64,000 nt of DNA, taken from the NCBI RefSeq assembly GCF_001194135.2, contig NC_068984.1, positions 8,139,861 through 8,203,860 of the forward strand, in the 5' to 3' direction. The stretch comes from Octopus bimaculoides. Its lineage: Eukaryota. The notes beneath the pieces were generated by a model, which searched no databases, was not told where the DNA came from, and saw only the letters and a list, made by a program, of their open reading frames with translations. A program made the position numbers and the translations under genes. Every line of letters starts with the position of its first letter. Position 1 is the stretch's first letter. Shown piece by piece: positions 27,509-39,632 of this stretch.

Positions 27509-28082
27509 GGATCTTTTTTAAAACGGGGCCCACATTTTTCATTAACGAAACACTTTGAAACTTGGAACACTAGTAGAATGTGTCATATAAAACATCTTTT
27601 TCTCTTAGTCTTCTTTAAAAAAAAGAAATCCATAAGTTATTCCATGTTAAAGTTGTCGTATTTCTGTAATTTCAACCAATCACTGACGTCCATTCAGCCG
27701 ATATACATTAAGTGCCGACTACATAAACAAACGATTCTGAAACAATTAACCCTAACCCTAACCTTAGGGTTAGGGTTAGGGTTAGGGTTAAAGCAAATTT
27801 AAAATGAGAAAAAGCAAATAAAACGAAGGTATGGAGATTAAATACGCTTTACATCGCTTAATCAGCCAAAGGAGTAAATATAAACAACTGAATACTTGTC
27901 AGTGATTGGTTGAAATTATCGAAATAAGACAATTTTTTACATGAAATAAATTCGAATACAAAAATATTTTTCTGTTCTATAACACAAAATAGATAATTAT
28001 ACGAAGTTTGAAAGTCTTTCGGTACCAAAAACACTACGTAAAACATTAATGAAAAATGTCGCCCCCGTTTTAAAATAGATCC
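27509..28082. mobile_element. Non-autonomous TIR element with central head-to-head telomeric repeats
   Basis: TIRs ggatct..ttttaaaacggggc..acatttttcattaa / ttaatgaaaaatgtcgcccccgttttaaaatagatcc; inner inverted repeat aatttcaaccaatcactgac / gtcagtgattggttgaaatt; centre (TAACCC)n-(TTAGGG)n. Confidence 0.75.
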
Positions 28083-28299
28083 GAAAGTATTTCATTAATC
28101 TTAATTGTTTCACGGCCACGGATTTTCATAGCCGTTTCTCTTCGTTCTTTTATCTTTTGCTTTTGTCAGATTGTGATTTTCGGCCATGTATGTCGATAGG
28201 AATAAGAGTTTCGTTTATATTACCAATAAATGAATAATTGTAACCTTTCTTCTGACGATATTTGATTAAGAACTTATGTAACTATAATATATTATCCTT

Positions 28300-28975
28300 T
28301 TGATCAGTAGGCAGCCTTTGTGCGATCTTTGATATCAGCCGACGAACTCAGTCTGAAAACCTTCCCACCGTGCAGACCTTGTTTGAAATCTAGTGTAAGC
28401 TGTGAAAGAAAAAAAAAATGTTACGACTGGATTTTACTTATTCAATAATCTGCAACCTTACGATTTGAGGAAATCCGTAATCTAACTTCTTGACATGTAA
28501 CTGTTGCTTTGAGATGTGTGAAGAAATAGAATTGACTTTTAGGCCTGGCATATGGAAATAATTCCATCTTATTTCTAGAAAAATAGGAACTCGAATTTTG
28601 CATGAGCTTGATTTTCTTTTAGGAAAATATACGGTATTTCATATGTGAAGCTAAATACAAAATATAAGGTGGTAATGAATAAATGTCATTCTCCATATGT
28701 TTCCTAAAATATGAATGGCCTGGATCTAAAAAACAATTTGGATTTTTGTAGCGAATTTTAGAAATCAAATATATTTTGTCATGTAAAAAACAAAATAGAA
28801 ACATATCGTGTTTTAATTGAAAATGTTGACGTCTTCAGAGATGAACAATGGCGCAGTCGAGGACATAAATTTGATATAGTTTAAAATGACGCTTTCTATT
28901 CATTACTTTTCACAGCTGCCGGACAACATCAGTTAGTAAATATCGAATCACATCATATAAATCATATAACAACGT
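28300..28975 (-). repeat. Unclassified locally repeated family with residual minus-strand coding character (copy 1)
   Basis: Shares gacataaatt..ata..tt.aaatgac and aggaaaatatacggtatttcatatgtgaa blocks with 33960-34748, 31290-31535 and 41380-42620. Confidence 0.75.
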
Positions 28976-29199
28976 ACGTGAAAGGACTATACTGTGGGCA
29001 AAATAATTTCCGATCTATGTGACAGGGTCTTTCTTTAACTGTTAAGATTGCGTAGGAAAAATGAAAGACTGGCAATTCTTTTATTCATTCTCCATGTTTA
29101 TGTGACTCTCGGTATTTAACAATGAAAAAAAAATAACGTAAGAGTGAATATGTAGAAAGGAAGTCATAGGAGAGAAAAATATGGCGAGAGAAAGACAGA

Positions 29200-29420
29200 A
29201 GTTTCACATTGCAGGAAATTGCACGTTTACCCACGAGAAAATTACCGGCTTTCTCACAGGTTACACGAACACATTTGCAGAATTTTACAACGAACAACAG
29301 CCTAAACTTGTGCCGCTCACTTCAGTGCAATGGACCACACCGTTGCCTGTTTATCGGTGTTTATCGGTTACGACGACGAGCGTTCCAGTTGATCCGATCA
29401 ACAGAACAGTTTGGACGTGT
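29200..29420 (+). mobile_element. Penelope-like GIY-YIG endonuclease relic
   Basis: YRLSHRLHEHICRILQR...AAHFSAMDHTVACLSVF aligns by eye with the GIY-YIG at 48130-48400. Confidence 0.5.
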
Positions 29421-29554
29421 AAGTAAAGTGCATGCGGTTGAGTACTCCATAGACACGCGTATCCTTAAGGCTGTTTTGGGGAAAATTCAGCGTCACATAG
29501 AATGCGGCTAGACTGTCTCTTTGAAATACAATTACTACTAATCTTTGCCAGCGG

Positions 29555-29666
29555 AGGGACTGGAGCAACATGAAATAAAGTGCTCGATCTGTGTACACAA
29601 CGCGCCACCGACCGGGAATCGAAATGATGACTTTAAGATCGTTAACCGAATACCCTAACCACTAAA

Positions 29667-29668
<2 letters not shown>
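29555..29668 (-). mobile_element. tRNA-derived SINE head (family C)
   Basis: actggagcaacatgaaataaagtg...gggaatcgaa...ccctaaccactaaacta (reverse B and A boxes). Confidence 0.7.
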
Positions 29669-29706
<38 letters not shown>

Positions 29707-30210
29707 ATACACACACACACACACACACTCACACACACACACACACACACACTCACACACACACACACATACACACACACACTCACACACACATTATATA
29801 GATATTGAAACTACTGCAGCTCTTTCTGTCCTTATATTTATGAGAAGAGGAAGAAATTTCGAGTCAATTGTTTTACTTTTTACGTATGAAAGAATACAGG
29901 AACGAAATGAATTTATATTGTTCTCATAATGGGATAAATTACATTCAATTCAAAATAGAATATTATAAGCTTGATTGGTTTTTTGCCTGTGTGCCTGTGT
30001 ACAGTTCAAGAACCTCAAACTGAGAGAATAGCCTTAATGATTTTAAAATTTTAGCTTTACACCTCATTGATTCTATTTGGAGAATATGCATCATTTTACT
30101 CTGTAAATTTTGGATAAAATCCAGCTTCTCTGATTTTGGGTTTTTTGGTTAATGCAAATCGGTTGTTAAGAAGTAAATGAAAATATTGCTGTTGGATAAT
30201 ACAGCTTTAT

Positions 30211-30745
30211 ACCGGGTCATCCCATAAATAATGTAGTTTTTTCAATTGCATGAATTAAAAGTCGGATTGGAGACGGGGTAATCTACCTGTATCAAATTAC
30301 TATAAACGCAGGTAGTAATTTTACCTTGTCCTTATTCTTAGTACAAGTTTTGAAGAGTGCAGTCCGATTTTAAAAGTTTTTGTTTCAACGCTATAATTTT
30401 CAGTAAAAGCAACACTGCAACGGAAAGTGATAGGAATATTAAAGCAGTAATATGGGGATCGGACAATAAGCGTAAGCCAGTGTCAACGTTGGTTACAGAA
30501 ATTCCAAGCCGGAGACTACAGCCTAGAAGACGAGCCTCGTCCCTGAAGATCTGTAGAGCTCGACGAGGACATCCGAGAAACCCAGCTGGAAAAAAATCTC
30601 ATCGGAACTGTTGAGCTTGAATTTGGTCATTCAACCATTCATCAACACCTGCATGCCATCGGAAAAATCAGCAAATGGGGTCAAAGGTTTTCTTACAAAC
30701 TCTTCGAGTATAATCGCGAGTCTAATCGTCGAAGACAACGTATGA
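30211..30745 (+). mobile_element. mariner transposon relic (5' TIR plus N-terminal transposase)
   Basis: TA-taccgggtcatcccataaataat terminus; YGDRTISVSQCQRWLQKFQAGDYSLEDEPRP*RSVELDED...FGHSTIHQHLHAIGKISK. Confidence 0.88.
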
Positions 30746-30805
30746 GCGTTGAGCACAAATCAAACGTCCTGCACAAATCATTTCTTTTTATATGCTGGGC
30801 CAATG

Positions 30806-30911
30806 TTTATTTACATTATTTGCATTTGACGGATATTTGTCCTCATCTTGTTTGTTGTTAACACAACGTGTCGGCTGATATACCCTTCAGCCTTCATCAG
30901 GTATCTTGGAG
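30806..30911 (-). ncRNA. Hammerhead-ribozyme-like motif in an inverted partial copy of the adjacent SINE tail
   Basis: Minus strand reads gatac-CTGATGA-a-ggctg-aagggtatat-cagcc-GACA-cgtt-gtgtt; one core deviation (GAAA to GACA). Confidence 0.65.
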
Positions 30912-30979
30912 AAAGATAGGAAGGATAGGAAAATATTAGATTTATAAGCCCTAAAATTTACTCCATAATTGCCCACGGG

Positions 30980-31199
30980 TATATGGCGTAGTGGTTAAGA
31001 GCGCTGGCTACTAACCCAAAGATTCCAAGTTCGATTACAGGCCGTCACCTTAATAATAATAACATCGAAAACTACTTGATAAAGGCTGGAAGTTATATCA
31101 GCCGAAACGCTTTGCTAATAACAAACAAGATGAGGATAGATATTTTTCAAATGTAAATAAGGTACATAATTCCTCATCTCTTAAATATAGAACTGTATT
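30980..31199 (+). mobile_element. tRNA-headed SINE with hammerhead-like 3' module
   Basis: A-box tggcgtagtgg (30984), B-box gttcgatt (31029), AAT spacer, then cttgataa-a-ggctg-gaagttatat-cagcc-GAAA-cgct and a tail matching 30806-30870 in inverse. Confidence 0.7.
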
Positions 31200-31289
31200 A
31201 GTTGCAATTAATTGTATTACTAAATGTTTAAATGATCATCGAATGTTTTTGTTATGTCTGCTGCAGAAGAAATAACATGTGTCTATGTA

Positions 31290-31535
31290 AACAATATGGA
31301 ATATGCAGCTGTTTTCTGGAATCAATATATGCTGGCATATAAAGAACAACATACAGACTTCATCGTGCGTTTATTCAAACGTTTGACGTCTCCAGTGATG
31401 AACGTTAATGTAACAGAGGACATAAATTTGATAATGTTTAAAATGACATTTTGTAATTGATGCTTATTATTAATCCTCACAGCTGTTTCAGCTTCATGAA
31501 CTAACAATATTGAATCACATCGCAGAAACCATGTA
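31290..31535 (-). repeat. Unclassified local repeat family (copy 2)
   Basis: Aligns with 34520-34748. Confidence 0.75.
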
Positions 31536-31544
31536 ATTGTTGCC

Positions 31545-31581
<37 letters not shown>

Positions 31582-32671
31582 NNNNNNNNNNNNNNNNNNN
31601 NNNNNNNNNNNNNNNNNNNNNNNNNNNNNNNNNNNNNNNNNNNNNNNNNNNNNNNNNNNNNNNNNNNNNNNNNNNNNNNNNNNNNNNNNNNNNNNNNNNN
31701 NNNNNNNNNNNNNNNNNNNNNNNNNNNNNNNNNNNNNNNNNNNNNNNNNNNNNNNNNNNNNNNNNNNNNNNNNNNNNNNNNNNNNNNNNNNNNNNNNNNN
31801 NNNNNNNNNNNNNNNNNNNNNNNNNNNNNNNNNNNNNNNNNNNNNNNNNNNNNNNNNNNNNNNNNNNNNNNNNNNNNNNNNNNNNNNNNNNNNNNNNNNN
31901 NNNNNNNNNNNNNNNNNNNNNNNNNNNNNNNNNNNNNNNNNNNNNNNNNNNNNNNNNNNNNNNNNNNNNNNNNNNNNNNNNNNNNNNNNNNNNNNNNNNN
32001 NNNNNNNNNNNNNNNNNNNNNNNNNNNNNNNNNNNNNNNNNNNNNNNNNNNNNNNNNNNNNNNNNNNNNNNNNNNNNNNNNNNNNNNNNNNNNNNNNNNN
32101 NNNNNNNNNNNNNNNNNNNNNNNNNNNNNNNNNNNNNNNNNNNNNNNNNNNNNNNNNNNNNNNNNNNNNNNNNNNNNNNNNNNNNNNNNNNNNNNNNNNN
32201 NNNNNNNNNNNNNNNNNNNNNNNNNNNNNNNNNNNNNNNNNNNNNNNNNNNNNNNNNNNNNNNNNNNNNNNNNNNNNNNNNNNNNNNNNNNNNNNNNNNN
32301 NNNNNNNNNNNNNNNNNNNNNNNNNNNNNNNNNNNNNNNNNNNNNNNNNNNNNNNNNNNNNNNNNNNNNNNNNNNATATTTATATTTATATATTTATATA
32401 TTTGATCCTTTATATTGAACACTCAATATTTCATCTACATTCAATACTTTCTTTCATGGTACCATCCATTTTTATTTTATTTTATTTTATATTATATATT
32501 GTATATTATATTATATATTGTATATTCCATATTCTATACCCCACATTGGTTCTGCAGGAATATAAATAAAACATAAAAAACAGACAGTGTTGGAACTCTT
32601 TTAAACAAAATAATATATTCCTCTATACACAATCATACAAAAAAACCACCTTTTTTGTATTTATTTTTACT

Positions 32672-32708
<37 letters not shown>

Positions 32709-33084
32709 GCACGCGCATTCTCTCTCTTTTTCTCTTTCACACACACACACACACATATTATTGATGTGGCTAATCGCAATTTGTGAGCGTGGTTACTTGT
32801 CAGTACCGTCATAACCAGAAATAAGAGTCAAAACGTGTCTTAGCTACGTGAGAGCACCTCTCTAACGACTGACAAGGGAGACAAGCGAGATGGAGTCATA
32901 TCAGTGCTGATTTCATATATCAGACTTACTGATCTTTATAGAAATATCTTAATAAAAATATACAGAATAAGCTATGGTAGTCACAGAGCTTAATCTATTT
33001 GTTGCCCAACAATCTCAAACAGAAAAATGAAATAATTATGAGAATTTATCATAATATTTATTGTTTACTTAGCTGAATAAGAAC

Positions 33085-33121
33085 AGCCGTAATCCGGGCA
33101 ACGCTGGGTCATTCAGCTAGT
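33085..33121 (+). mobile_element. Helitron 3' terminus
   Basis: GC hairpin ccgggcaacgctggg followed by CTAG-T. Confidence 0.65.
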
Positions 33122-33289
33122 CTTAAATATTTCAAAAACAAAAAAAAAGAAAATTTCATTTTTTGCAAAATCTCAATATTTGGTATCTTTAACACCGAAT
33201 CAACCTTCAGAATCTCCGAATGAATTCCATCATCATAAAGAACACCTTCATATTTGCTATCACTATTTCGTAATGTTTTCTTTTTAATT

Positions 33290-33658
33290 TTTGAATCATT
33301 AGACAGCGGCCATACTAGGACATTCCTTTAAACAACTTTATTCAAACAAATCGATCCCGGTATTTATTATTCATATTTTTTTGTTTAATGCAGGGTGCTT
33401 AATTTGTCGGTCAGTTTTGCCTATCGGCTAAGTTACGGTGGCGTAAGCACTCCAAACCTCGTTGTCAAGCAGTGCTAGAGGACAAACACAGACACACGCA
33501 AACACTCACAGAAAAAACACACACATACACATGCACACACACACACGCACACACACACACTCAGACTCTTAGTCTCACAGACTAATATATCAATCTGTCT
33601 ATCTAACTTATCTATTTATCTATCTATCTATTCATATATGTGTGCATATATATGTGAA

Positions 33659-33719
<61 letters not shown>

Positions 33720-33862
33720 GTGTGTATTTTCTTTCAACGTCCACCTATCAAATCCACTCACAAATATTTAGGCACTTGCCCACGGTGCCTCGAAGAAGGG
33801 CGGAACCCGGTACGATATGGTTGACAAAAAAACCCTTTTACCACACACCTGCACCTCCACGT
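33290..33862 (-). mobile_element. SINE family A, near full length with internal microsatellite
   Basis: Tail gcggccatactag, central (CA)/(TG)n, head ttaccacacacctgcacct. Confidence 0.75.
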
Positions 33863-33959
33863 CCTCTACCTCTTCATTCCTATCATCCCACAGATAATCT
33901 TCTGTATCATCCAATGCTTTCAAAATGCCAAACCTTTCCAACTATTTGTCAATAACGTG

Positions 33960-34748
33960 AATTTTCGTCTTCCCCATGGATCAATGATCCTTTCACAGAC
34001 GAGAGAAAGTGTTACACCCTGCATACTTCTCTTCTTTCCTGTATGATTTGTTTTATTTCCATCACACTTGTAGTTATTTCACATAATGTTTCATCGTGGT
34101 TTATTGATATTAACATCTAATGCTTGCAAACCACTTGTAAATCTGTCGAGATTTTACAGACGGTTACTTATCGAATGTTACCAACAACGATATTCCATTC
34201 TTGACGAAAGTGCCCGGAACAAACTCCTTAATTTTGTAGTCTATTTTCCACATACATCCTTATCCATTCAAACTTGGAGCATGCGCATACATGATATTTC
34301 TGTTTAGTTATCCTTTGATGGAGTGACATATGCAAATAATTCCACACTATTTCAAGAAAAATAGGGTCTCGAATTTTGCATGAGCTTGATCTTTTTTAGG
34401 AAAATATACGGTATTTCATATGTGAATCTTGATGCAAAATATAAGGTGGTTATGAATAAAATGTCATTGACCATACGTCTCCTGGATTAGGAATAGCCTG
34501 GATATTTACGACACTTTGGACTGCAGCCGCGATTTTTTGAAATCAACGTATGTTGTCATGTAAATTACAAAATATGAACATTATCGTGTTTTAATTCAAA
34601 AATTTGACGTTTCCAGAGATGAACAATTGCGCAATTGAGACATAAATTCGATATAATTTGAAATGACGTTTTCTAATCGCAAAGTTACACAGCTGACGAA
34701 CTATATCAGTTTGTAAATATTGAATCACATTGTATAAATCATGCTGTT
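33960..34748 (-). repeat. Unclassified local repeat family (copy 3, longest)
   Basis: Minus-strand DLYNVIQYLQTDIVRQLCNFAIRKRHFKLYRIYVS...PPYILHQDSHMKYRIF...VWMDKD; shared with 28.3-29.0 kb and 41.4-42.6 kb. Confidence 0.75.
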
Positions 34749-34766
34749 GATATATACGAGTGTGCG

Positions 34767-34808
<42 letters not shown>

Positions 34809-35547
34809 GTGTGCGCGCGTGCGTGTGTGGGTTTAGAAACGGCAGGAAGTAGAATTTAAGAAAGAGAAGAAAACGAAAACTGGAGCAAGCAAGGGTTGAA
34901 GGTGTTCTCCTGATAACTAACACTGTATAAGTATCATCGACAAGTTTGAAGGTTGCAGAACAGAAGGCTACTGAGCGCTTTATATAAATACTGTTCGAAG
35001 ATAACAAGTATGTAATATTGAAATTTTTCCTTGTGGGTGTATGTTTTTTGAGGTACGGTGTTAAGATATCAATGCAACACATTAATACAATATACAATGA
35101 AATGTGAAGGAAAGATTGATTTTCGTTATAGAAAATATAGAAAATTGTTTTTTACTGTGTACATTTTACGTACAACATGCCGCCAAATGTAAATTGACAA
35201 GAATCATATAATTGTTTGGGGCAGAAATAAAAATAATACAGTAATAGAAGCCAGCTATCTTTCAAGTAAGGACGTTTTATTCACAGTTAACACTACGGAC
35301 AATATTTATGGACTAATGCTTTGTGATTAAATTTACATTAGTATAATTACATGGTGTAATTAAATTGGCTATGTCACTAATTAATAAAATGGCGTAAGGC
35401 TTCAATTTCCAGTGAAATAAATTTGAACAGTTAAAAGATAATTTTTACCTAAATTTCTGTTGTCGACCTTTGCTTCTTTGTAAGAAAAAAAAAAGCTTGC
35501 GTTTTTAATGACTCTCATTGTTATATTTCTATATCAACAGGTTCGTG

Positions 35548-35611
35548 ATGAAAGGCATCAGTGTCCTATTGTTTTGTGTATTCATTTCACAAACTGTCTC
35601 GTATCAACCGA
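35548..35611 (+). CDS. Knottin-precursor gene, coding exon 1 (signal peptide MKGISVLLFCVFISQTVSYQP)
   Basis: Acceptor atatcaacag|G at 35540, ATG at 35548, K plus hydrophobic core plus small residues (TVS), consensus donor A|gtaagt at 35612 (phase 1). Confidence 0.75.
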
Positions 35612-36109
35612 GTAAGTATGATTTCAAATTCCTTGTACTTTATAGTCATCTAAAAATGTAATGGGAGAAAAGAGGGAAATCAGAAAAGTGGAAAGAAGGA
35701 AACTGAATAAACTACCTCAGCAGTATTTCGGATCTATCCAGTTTATATGTAATTACAGCTTACAGATAAATAACTCTCCGTTTAATGACACTGCACTTCG
35801 GAATTACGCTTCTTCTGTATAACATTTAATTAACAATTTAACTGACTAATATTTTATATACAAATCTGGAAGTATTTTAGTGGTGACCGCTCATCTGTTA
35901 CTCCTACATAACATCAGAACGTAAACACGGACGAAATGTCACGAAGCATATTGTCCGTCGAGCTTACGGTTCTGCCAGTTCGTCGCAGCCTTTAGGACTC
36001 GTAATGTTTAAAATATTTACAGAATACAATCAGCAAGTGCTCCATATGTTTCATGTTTGTTTTTTTGTCCTTCCATTTTATTGCTCCATTGATTTTTTAC
36101 CTTCTTTAG

Positions 36110-36174
36110 GTGTTAAAAATATCCATCACTACAATGAGGACCCATATTAAATGTCTGAGGGAGGAAATGTGTGT
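36110..36174 (+). other. Candidate cassette ('poison') exon with in-frame TAA
   Basis: Very long pyrimidine tract then tttag| at 36109; donor gtcagt at 36175; in phase with exon 1 it reads SVKNIHHYNEDPY*MSEGGNVC. Confidence 0.35.
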
Positions 36175-36347
36175 GTCAGTCGTCATAATATTGCATCTTT
36201 TTTTCAGATGGGGTTATTATAAGTACATTACACTCTATTTAATGAATTATCTGTTGAGCGCTACGTGGATATTTTGTTGTATTTGTACACAAAATTTTGG
36301 TAAATGGATATGCAATTCTTCCCTACATATTTTGATATCTCTTTCAG

Positions 36348-36378
36348 ATAGCACTCACAACCATAAACAAAAAGGAAC
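36348..36378 (+). CDS. Knottin-precursor gene, coding exon 2 (propeptide NSTHNHKQKGT)
   Basis: Acceptor tatctctttcag|, donor AC|gtatgt at 36379; phase 1 to phase 2 bridges exons 1 and 3 without a stop. An alternative donor gtaagt lies at 36383. Confidence 0.55.
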
Positions 36379-36934
36379 GTATGTAAGTTTGGGTAAACTG
36401 ATTGAAAGGTAAGAACTACACATCTACATCTCTTATGTGTGTATATATATTAGTATTGACAAGGCAGTCAACTGGCAGAATCATTAACATTCTGGATAAA
36501 ATACTTAGAGGCATTTCTTCCGGCTTTATGTTTTCAGTTGGAATTTTATGGGTGTTGACTGCGCTTTAATCGTTTCTGAGACGAAAAAATAAACAGTAGT
36601 TCAGATCTTGGGTCGATATAACACAGTAGCAGCCTCCAGCAACGTTTCAAGCCTTGTGCCTAGCGTTGAAATGCTTGTAACATTTGGCAAATCCATATTC
36701 TAAGACAGCTTCCAAATCATAGCTTGTGCATAAAAGAGAATCTGGAAGGGGAACATATGGAGCGAGATATATCGGAAAGAAAACTATTTTCATGAGTAAA
36801 AATCAAATAATATTTCTTTACATTAAGCCTACAAAATTTATTAACAAATGTATTGAGATATGCGCGCAGGAATGTCTGTGTCTTTCAGAACTTCACTTCG
36901 TAACCACAAAATTTGAGGGTTCAAATCCCCGAAC

Positions 36935-38090
36935 AAGTTCTTCTACTGTTGCACCGGGCCGCACAATACCATCTCAACAAATGTAGGAGACGAAAATCCT
37001 TTCATATGTTCACTCTTCCGCTTACAGATTGTATTTGTAATGAGCGAGTTTGCTAGTATGCTTCATTTCTGACTACCTGACCTTATGCAGATTTTCTCTT
37101 AGGCATCTCATCACAAAACCAAGTGTACCAATTAATATTGGTGTAAACGGGAATTTATAACCTGTTTGTAGAAGTTGAGGGTTACCAGCAGTTGTTCAGT
37201 ATTATCCTCTCCTTCTTCTTTGGTTTTCAAAGAGATATTCACATCAACACGACTGAAGACATCTATGATGGTACATTCTTTTACTTGCCTCTACCAAAGA
37301 ACAATATCTGACTGGTTATGTTTACATTACCAGGGGTTTTTATGGAACATTCCACTAGTATTCCTCGTGTATGTATTTATTTAACAACAGGAGATTTCTC
37401 CATATATATCCCAGGGAAATCTATTTTTCCTGAATGACATTTTAATATAATTTATTTGGAGACAGCGTCGAATTGCATAGGGCGGTATTATCCAGACATT
37501 TTCGGCAGCTGTTAATCCCATGTGCGATGTCTTCAAAAGAGATGTGACATTATGATGAATAGAGTTCCCCACTTTCAAGCCATACTGTTGCTATTCTCCT
37601 ACGTTTTTTTTTCTTTTTTTACTTCAAATAGTACAGGTTTCTTTATGAAATATATGAAAATTTGGTCCACCCATCCTCACACCCGATTCTTTCCACCTGC
37701 CTGTTTATCAGTCAATATGTCGTTGGATTCGAAATGGTACTGCGGGAATGATTTGCGGCAGCGTGCGTTCGGTATGTACATAATGTTTAGGCAATTAATG
37801 GTCCTATAATTTTTTGCCAACACTGTGGTTTCACTGTGGGCAACACTATTCGTCGTATGTCGATCTGACATTCCGGAGAGCTTTTGAATACACATATTAG
37901 TGATTTCCGCAGAATGTCAACCTCTTTTACCAATATCCAACTATGAGGTTTCTTCCCGTTATGGAATTTGCCAAAACCCGCGGAGAATGTTTCCTGGTTA
38001 ATTGCATATGACCTGCTGCTGATGTTGGTGCAATATTCTCTCCTTAGAGTAATTAACAACGAGACATTAAGTCTGAAATCTCACTTTTCG
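36935..38090 (-). mobile_element. R4/Dong-clade LINE RT fragment
   Basis: KNYRTINCLNIMY...FESNDILTDKQAGGKNRV*GWVDQ matches the R4/Dong NYRPITCL / EQ.G.K.G..GC.DQL motifs. Confidence 0.82.
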
Positions 38091-38187
38091 GTCCAGAATT
38101 ACAATCAGCATTATTGAAGATATTCTGGAATCATTCTAGTATGTATATATTTCATTATTCCGTTTTATTTCAAGATTTCTCCCAAAA

Positions 38188-38408
38188 TGCATGCATGCAT
38201 GCATGTATGTATGTATGTATGTATGTATGCATGCATGCATGTATGTATGTATGTATGTATGTATGCATGCATGCANNNNNNNNNNTGTATGTATGTATGT
38301 ATGCATGCATGCATGTATGTATGTATGTATGTATGTATGCATGCATGCATGTATGTATGTATGTATGTATGTATCTGCGTGTATGTATGTATGTATGTAT
38401 GTATGTAC
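38188..38408 (+). repeat. (TATG)n / (CATG)n compound microsatellite
   Basis: Direct reading. Confidence 0.97.
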
Positions 38409-38489
38409 GTACAAAGTTTGTGTCTGTACCCAGTACGCTTCGCAATCGTAAGGTAGTGACCAATAAGAAATGGCCGGTTTAAAAATAAT

Positions 38490-38680
38490 TAGGAGTGGCT
38501 GTGTGGTAAGTAGTTTGATTCCCATCTACATGGTTCTGGGTTCAGTCCCACTGAGTGGCACTTCGGGCAAGTGTCTCCTACTATATCCTCGGGCTGACCA
38601 AAACCGTCTGAGTGGATTTAGCAGAGGGAAACTCTGTGTGTGCGTCCGTGTGCATGCGTGTGTGTGCGTGTGCGTGTGTG

Positions 38681-38718
<38 letters not shown>

Positions 38719-38910
38719 GTTTGTCTGTCTTTGTACCTCCCCACTGTCGCTTGACAACTGATGTTGGTGTGCTAACGTCTTCGTAACCTAGCGACTCGGC
38801 AAAGAGAGATTGATAGTATAAGTACTAGGATTACAAAGAATAAGCCATGGGCTCGATTTGTTCGAGCAAAAGCGGTGCTCCAGCATGGTCAAAGTCAAAT
38901 GAATAAAACG
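38490..38910 (+). mobile_element. SINE family A, full length
   Basis: Head ggagtggctgtgtggtaag...gggttcagtcccac; tail gcggtgctccagcatgg. Confidence 0.88.
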
Positions 38911-39067
38911 AATAAAATAAGGAAGATTCCTGTGTTGGATTTGCTCCATCAAACTCTTGAATATTGGAATAAATCAGACATTTACGATGTTCAAAATTCT
39001 ACTACCATAACGGGAATAGAAAATAAAACACACAAAATATGTAGATATAAATCTTTTATGTAGTGAA

Positions 39068-39330
39068 TAAGGTTGGACAAGTGGTTAGGGTATCATATTC
39101 ACAATAGTGAGATCGTAGTTTCAATTCCTGAATCGGGTAGTGCGTAGTGTTTTTGAGCAAAATACTTCATCTCGCCACTCTGCAATCAGTTCGACACCTC
39201 ACACGTTGTAGACTGTGCACCTGTTCAGGCCTCGTTGATGTGATGGAGAGGGTGAGATTTTGTACGGAACATGCATTTGAACACTATAAATAAATCGTTT
39301 CTGTGCAGGACGGTCCGTGAAAGCTGAACG
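39068..39330 (+). mobile_element. tRNA-derived SINE (family C-like), degraded
   Basis: ggacaagtggttagggtat...gtttcaattcc...tttgagcaaaatactt. Confidence 0.55.
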
Positions 39331-39409
39331 CAATAAGACGTCTTCGACAAGAGGGCAGAACAACTTCAAAGGGATTCATAAACAACATCTACTAATAAAC
39401 GAGACAATA

Positions 39410-39632
39410 TATTCTTTTCTACCCTAGGCACAAGGCCCGAAATTTTTTTATGGGGGAGGGGGGAGTCGATTAGATCGACCCCTGTACGCAACTGGTACTT
39501 AATTTATCGACCCCGAAAGGATGAAAGGCAAAGTCGAACTCAGCGGAATTTGAACTCAGAACGTAAAGACAGACGAAATACTGCTAAGCATTTCGCCCGG
39601 CGTTCTAACGTTTCTGCCAGGTCGCCGCCTTA
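39410..39632 (-). mobile_element. SINE family B, well preserved
   Basis: cgaccccgaaaggatgaaaggcaaagtcga...gaatttgaactcagaacgtaaagac...ctgccaggtcgccgcc. Confidence 0.9.

Noticed and set aside
30984-31045. tRNA gene (and the similar heads of the other SINEs)
   Set aside because: A/B boxes are present but there is no convincing cloverleaf or acceptor stem, and they continue into SINE bodies.
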